A stretch of DNA of 64,000 bases from Plasmodiophora brassicae. Lineage: Eukaryota. The stretch is taken from assembly GCA_036867785.1 (NCBI GenBank), contig CP145417.1:62001-126000 (forward strand), in the 5' to 3' direction. Position numbers and translations under genes: made by a program. The notes beneath the pieces are model-generated. The model had not been told where the DNA came from, did no database searches, and saw only the letters and a program-made list of their open reading frames with translations. Of this stretch, positions 60,518 through 64,000 are shown piece by piece (the stretch's first letter is position 1; each line of letters starts with the position of its first letter).

Positions 60518-62137
60518 CTATTTGGCAGGCGCTGGCAATGGTCTTCGAACAGCTGTCCTGGCGTGGCGCGTGATGCCGAAGGTTTCCTGGAGCAGCAGAG
60601 CGCGTATCTTCGCGGTGCGGACGTGATCATCGCCAGAGGCCATCTGCTTCTCCCATCCAAAGTCGAACGGGTCAACGTGGATGTTCGCCGGAGCAGCGCT
60701 CCTCGTCTAAGAGTTTCAAATTAGAACGCGCACTGTTACGCCTCAGGCCGGGCGCACTGACGGAAACGTCGTTCAGAAACGGGTGCCCCAGCGCTTCACA
60801 GGCCGTAATGCGTTCATGGGGAGTAACCTTCAGCATGGCGCCTGCATGGAGTAGACCTGCAGGTGAGTACCCATGTGCTGAACCAACGGCGACCGGCAAG
60901 CAAACGTACGTAGGAGGTCAAGGCCCTGCTCGTTGCGAAGTACGGCGGAGAACGTGGCGAGACGTGAGCGGCAGGGTGCCACGTTTCCGATATTCTCGAG
61001 TGAACCCAGGAAGCTCTTGGTCGCCGGGTCAGCATTATACGCGGTCATCAGCTTGCGGATGTCAGGCCAGCCGAATTCCTGCGACTCATCGTCAGGGTCG
61101 TGCTTTCCTCCCAGGAAACGATACCGCTTTCATCGTCACCTTACGGATCCGTTCCAGCACCATAGCCTCGTTGTTGCAGTCGAACAGCGGCTCGCGAACC
61201 ACCATCTCGTAGAATATGCAGCCGACAGACCACCTGTGCACCGGCAGGGCCGTTTAGCACAGCACGAAACCCACCGGATGATCGTGGGGGGACGCTCGTT
61301 ACATGTCAACGGGGTACCCGTACGGCAGGCGGCAGAGAACCTCAGGAGCCCGGTACCAGCGCGTCACCACGTACGCGGTCATCACGTCGGGCTCGTCGGC
61401 GTCGGCGTTGACAGCGCGTGCCAGGCCCAGATCGGCAACCTTGACGCGGTTGTCACGGTCCAGCAGCACGTTCGACGGTTTCTGCAGCCGCCATACCCCC
61501 CATATGGTGAGACCGCCGCAAAGGGTACGAGACCCGTCAAACGCGACGCACCAGATCGCGATGGATGATCCGCGCGTTATGCAAATGCTGAACGCCGTTG
61601 AGGATCTGGACGAGGATCGATTTGATCCGGTGGATGGCGTCCTGGGATACAGGGGCCGCACATCGGTGGCGGTGCGCTCGTGACGCCTCCGGGTAAATCA
61701 CGTGGTACAGATCCTTGTCCATGCACTCAAAGACCAGGTTCAGCGACGTGAAGCTGGCGTAGTTCTGCGGATCCTCGATGTCCAGCAGGCGGATGATGTT
61801 TTCGTGGCGCAGGTGGCGCAGGATCTTGATCTCTCGAAGAACGCGCAACCCCGTCTCCTGTTCGCATACGGGCTCTCAGCGAAGCGATACCAAGGCGGAC
61901 GGTCGCTCGGTTACGGACGTGCTGAAACAGGTCCGTGATGAACTTGACGGCGACCCGGTCACCAGTGCACTTGTCGAACGCGGAGAAGACGATCCCGTAG
62001 GAGCCGTATCCCAGGATCTCGATGGGCGGCCTGTACCAGGTGCGCACAATGATGTCCCGCTTCGTCGTCACCTGCCTGCTGGCGTCTCTCTCCCACTTCT
62101 CGAGTACCACCTGGTCAGGCGGCGACCGGAGCGACAT
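60518..62137 (-). CDS. Mitogen-activated protein kinase with TAY activation loop, multi-exon
   Basis: [81 protein letters not shown]. Confidence 0.92.
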
Positions 62138-62304
62138 TCTCCTACTCCTCTGTCAAAGTGGCAGTCGGCCGATCGACGCCTGCCGTATCCAGGCACAGTC
62201 GGCCAAACGTGCGCGACTGCAAGCTACCGTCAAACTGCGCCGCAGCGGCAAAAACTTTGGCCAGCTGTGTTTTGAGCATCCACGGCGAATCTGCAGCGCT
62301 CTAT

Positions 62305-62698
62305 TCAGTGCAGGTCGTTGCGGACGATGGCCAGCCCCATGTCGCCGAGTTCTTTCTCGAGGGCGGCGTGCTCGGCCTCGAGCAGGTCGCGAAGGTTGGC
62401 CCGTCGCACCAGCAGCAGTTCCTTGTTGGCGCAGGCGAGCTCGTCCTTGATCCAGGCCTTCCGGTTCGTTTCTTGCTTGTGGTGATACGCCTTGTTGTTC
62501 CCTTGCCAGACGGCCCACGCGTCCAGCCGTCGCTGCCTAACGCGAGGGCGTTAACGTTGGCCGTCCCCGATCCCGTTGCGATCGGCCCACCGACATTTGA
62601 ACGCTTTGGGCCGCCTCCCGGAGGCGCGTGTCTTCGAGGATGCGCGCATGGATGTTGGCGGCCGACCCCGAGTAGTGCCTGCCTCCCGGAAGCGCCAT
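62305..62698 (-). CDS. CFAP141: CFAP141/C1orf189-like ciliary protein
   Basis: Two exons; ELACANKELLLVRRANLRDLLEAEHAALEKELGDMGLA resembles the C1orf189 motif. Confidence 0.7.
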
Positions 62699-62967
62699 GA
62701 CAAGCGACGCCACAATCGTCGATCGAACTGGTACGCTTGGAATCACCGATCGCAGGGCCCGAATTCTAAGCTCGTGGCACGGCCGCCTGTGGGGTCTGGT
62801 CAAGCGTCCTGACGTCGCCTAGAGTACGCTCCTCTACGGCCGGGCGGACCGGGCCTCGCTGCTCTCGCCGAGGATGACGGCACAGACGCCACCAGTGCCA
62901 GAACGCTGCTGTGACCTGCAAGAGCGGTGCTCGCAGCGCGCGCAGCGAGTGAGTGTATCAGACATAT

Positions 62968-64000
62968 TCAGTTCGTGAGTTCGGCAGCGCGTTTCGCCAT
63001 CTCGAGGGCTCCTTCGCGTGTCTTGTTGCCGCCAATGAAACCGGACATGTGCACGAACACACCGCCGGGTACGCCGGTCGCCTTGGACAGGTCGTCGTCA
63101 CGTAGGCCACGCCAGGCGGCCGGCAGTGGGCACCTGGACTCGAACGAACCCGACTCAACGGGAACCGCCTGAACACGCCAGGAGGCGCCCGTCGAGTCCT
63201 CGTACACGATGTAGAGGACCGGAGACGAAACGCCCATCGTCTCCTCCAATGCGTGCAGATGATCTTTCCAGGGGCAGAACTGGTTCAGGACCACGACCCG
63301 GCCGGACGGATCGTGCTTGAGCCGGTCCGAGAGCGCATCGGCAACAATCTGCCGCCCGGGAAGCCAGATGGTCGCCATCTCGCGGACGCGATCGGCGAGT
63401 TCGGCGCCCACCATCTGCATGGCGGCGTGGAATCGTTTCAGTTGACCTTCGTCAGTAAACGTTTCGTTCCAGGGCGTGTTCAGGCGGCCGACACGCGACG
63501 ACAGGTCCGTGTTGATGGAATACAGGCGCGTCAGGCCGCCCGTGTACGACGGGTCGCTCGCACGGTACTGCTCCACGCCATTATCAATACCGTCGAGTCC
63601 TTCGATGAACCCTGGCCGCACTTTAACGTTAGAAATGTGGCACAATAACATGCACGACGATACGCTGCCAGCTCACCTGTGTAGATCTTCTGGTACAGGG
63701 TCTCCAGGTCGTCATCAGACAGCGCCACCGGCTTGGACAGCGAGCGAATGACATCCTTGCCGAAGTGCTTGTAGATAAGGCCAGCACTCGACAGTTTCGT
63801 CGTGTGCTTCGCGGAGAACGTCTCGAAGAAGCCTTTCTGGTGATGATCAAACCGCAGTCGATCCGGATCGTAGACCTGTGGTACGGGAGGAGACGTTCAA
63901 CACACCCCGATACGTCGAAATCTATTCCAACCATGCGTACGTCGCCGACGTCGACAATAATGGTCAGACGATCCAGAACGTCGCGATCACGGGTGCGCGT
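62968..64000 (-). CDS. MYG1: MYG1 family exonuclease, 3' part; starts beyond the window
   Basis: VDVG...FDHHQKGF; KLSSAGLIYKHFG; FIEGLDGIDNGV; FCPWKDHL; WRVQAVP; LPAAWRGLRD; VFVHMSGFIGGNKT. Confidence 0.95.

Overview
Eukaryotic, GC-rich, gene-dense DNA with many ~50-80 nt spliceosomal introns, so the six-frame ORF track fragments most genes. Flagellar genes (PACRG, CFAP141-like) and the intron style suggest a zoosporic protist, plausibly a plasmodiophorid such as Plasmodiophora brassicae (inference only). Most of the window is housekeeping: Siw14/OCA-type phosphatase, Rsm22, EF-hand protein, DBP9, GDP-fucose synthase, Mpv17, glycine decarboxylase P, INTS3, NDUFB2, Bud20, diflavin reductase, RING E3, Era, OST4, PACRG, NVL, ATG12, kinesin-13, FIP1, a MAPK and MYG1. 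Accessory material is interspersed. The top observation is a gene (29811-31881) with a signal-peptide-like first exon, about 8.5 near-identical 111-nt/37-aa helical repeats that vary strongly at one codon, and a C-terminal RAP domain: a candidate secreted, modular RNA-binding effector. Also present: three tandem secreted (TTRKP)n proteins sharing a gapless 36-aa C-terminal module; a 653-bp hAT-like element with TIRs and an 8-bp TSD; three fold-back palindromes built from pseudogene sequence, one fused to an inverted unspliced INTS3 fragment; a CRN/RHS-like NTPase; an intron-containing erythromycin-esterase-family gene; and a run of 72-nt LRR exons. All family calls come from motifs recognised by eye; no database search was run.
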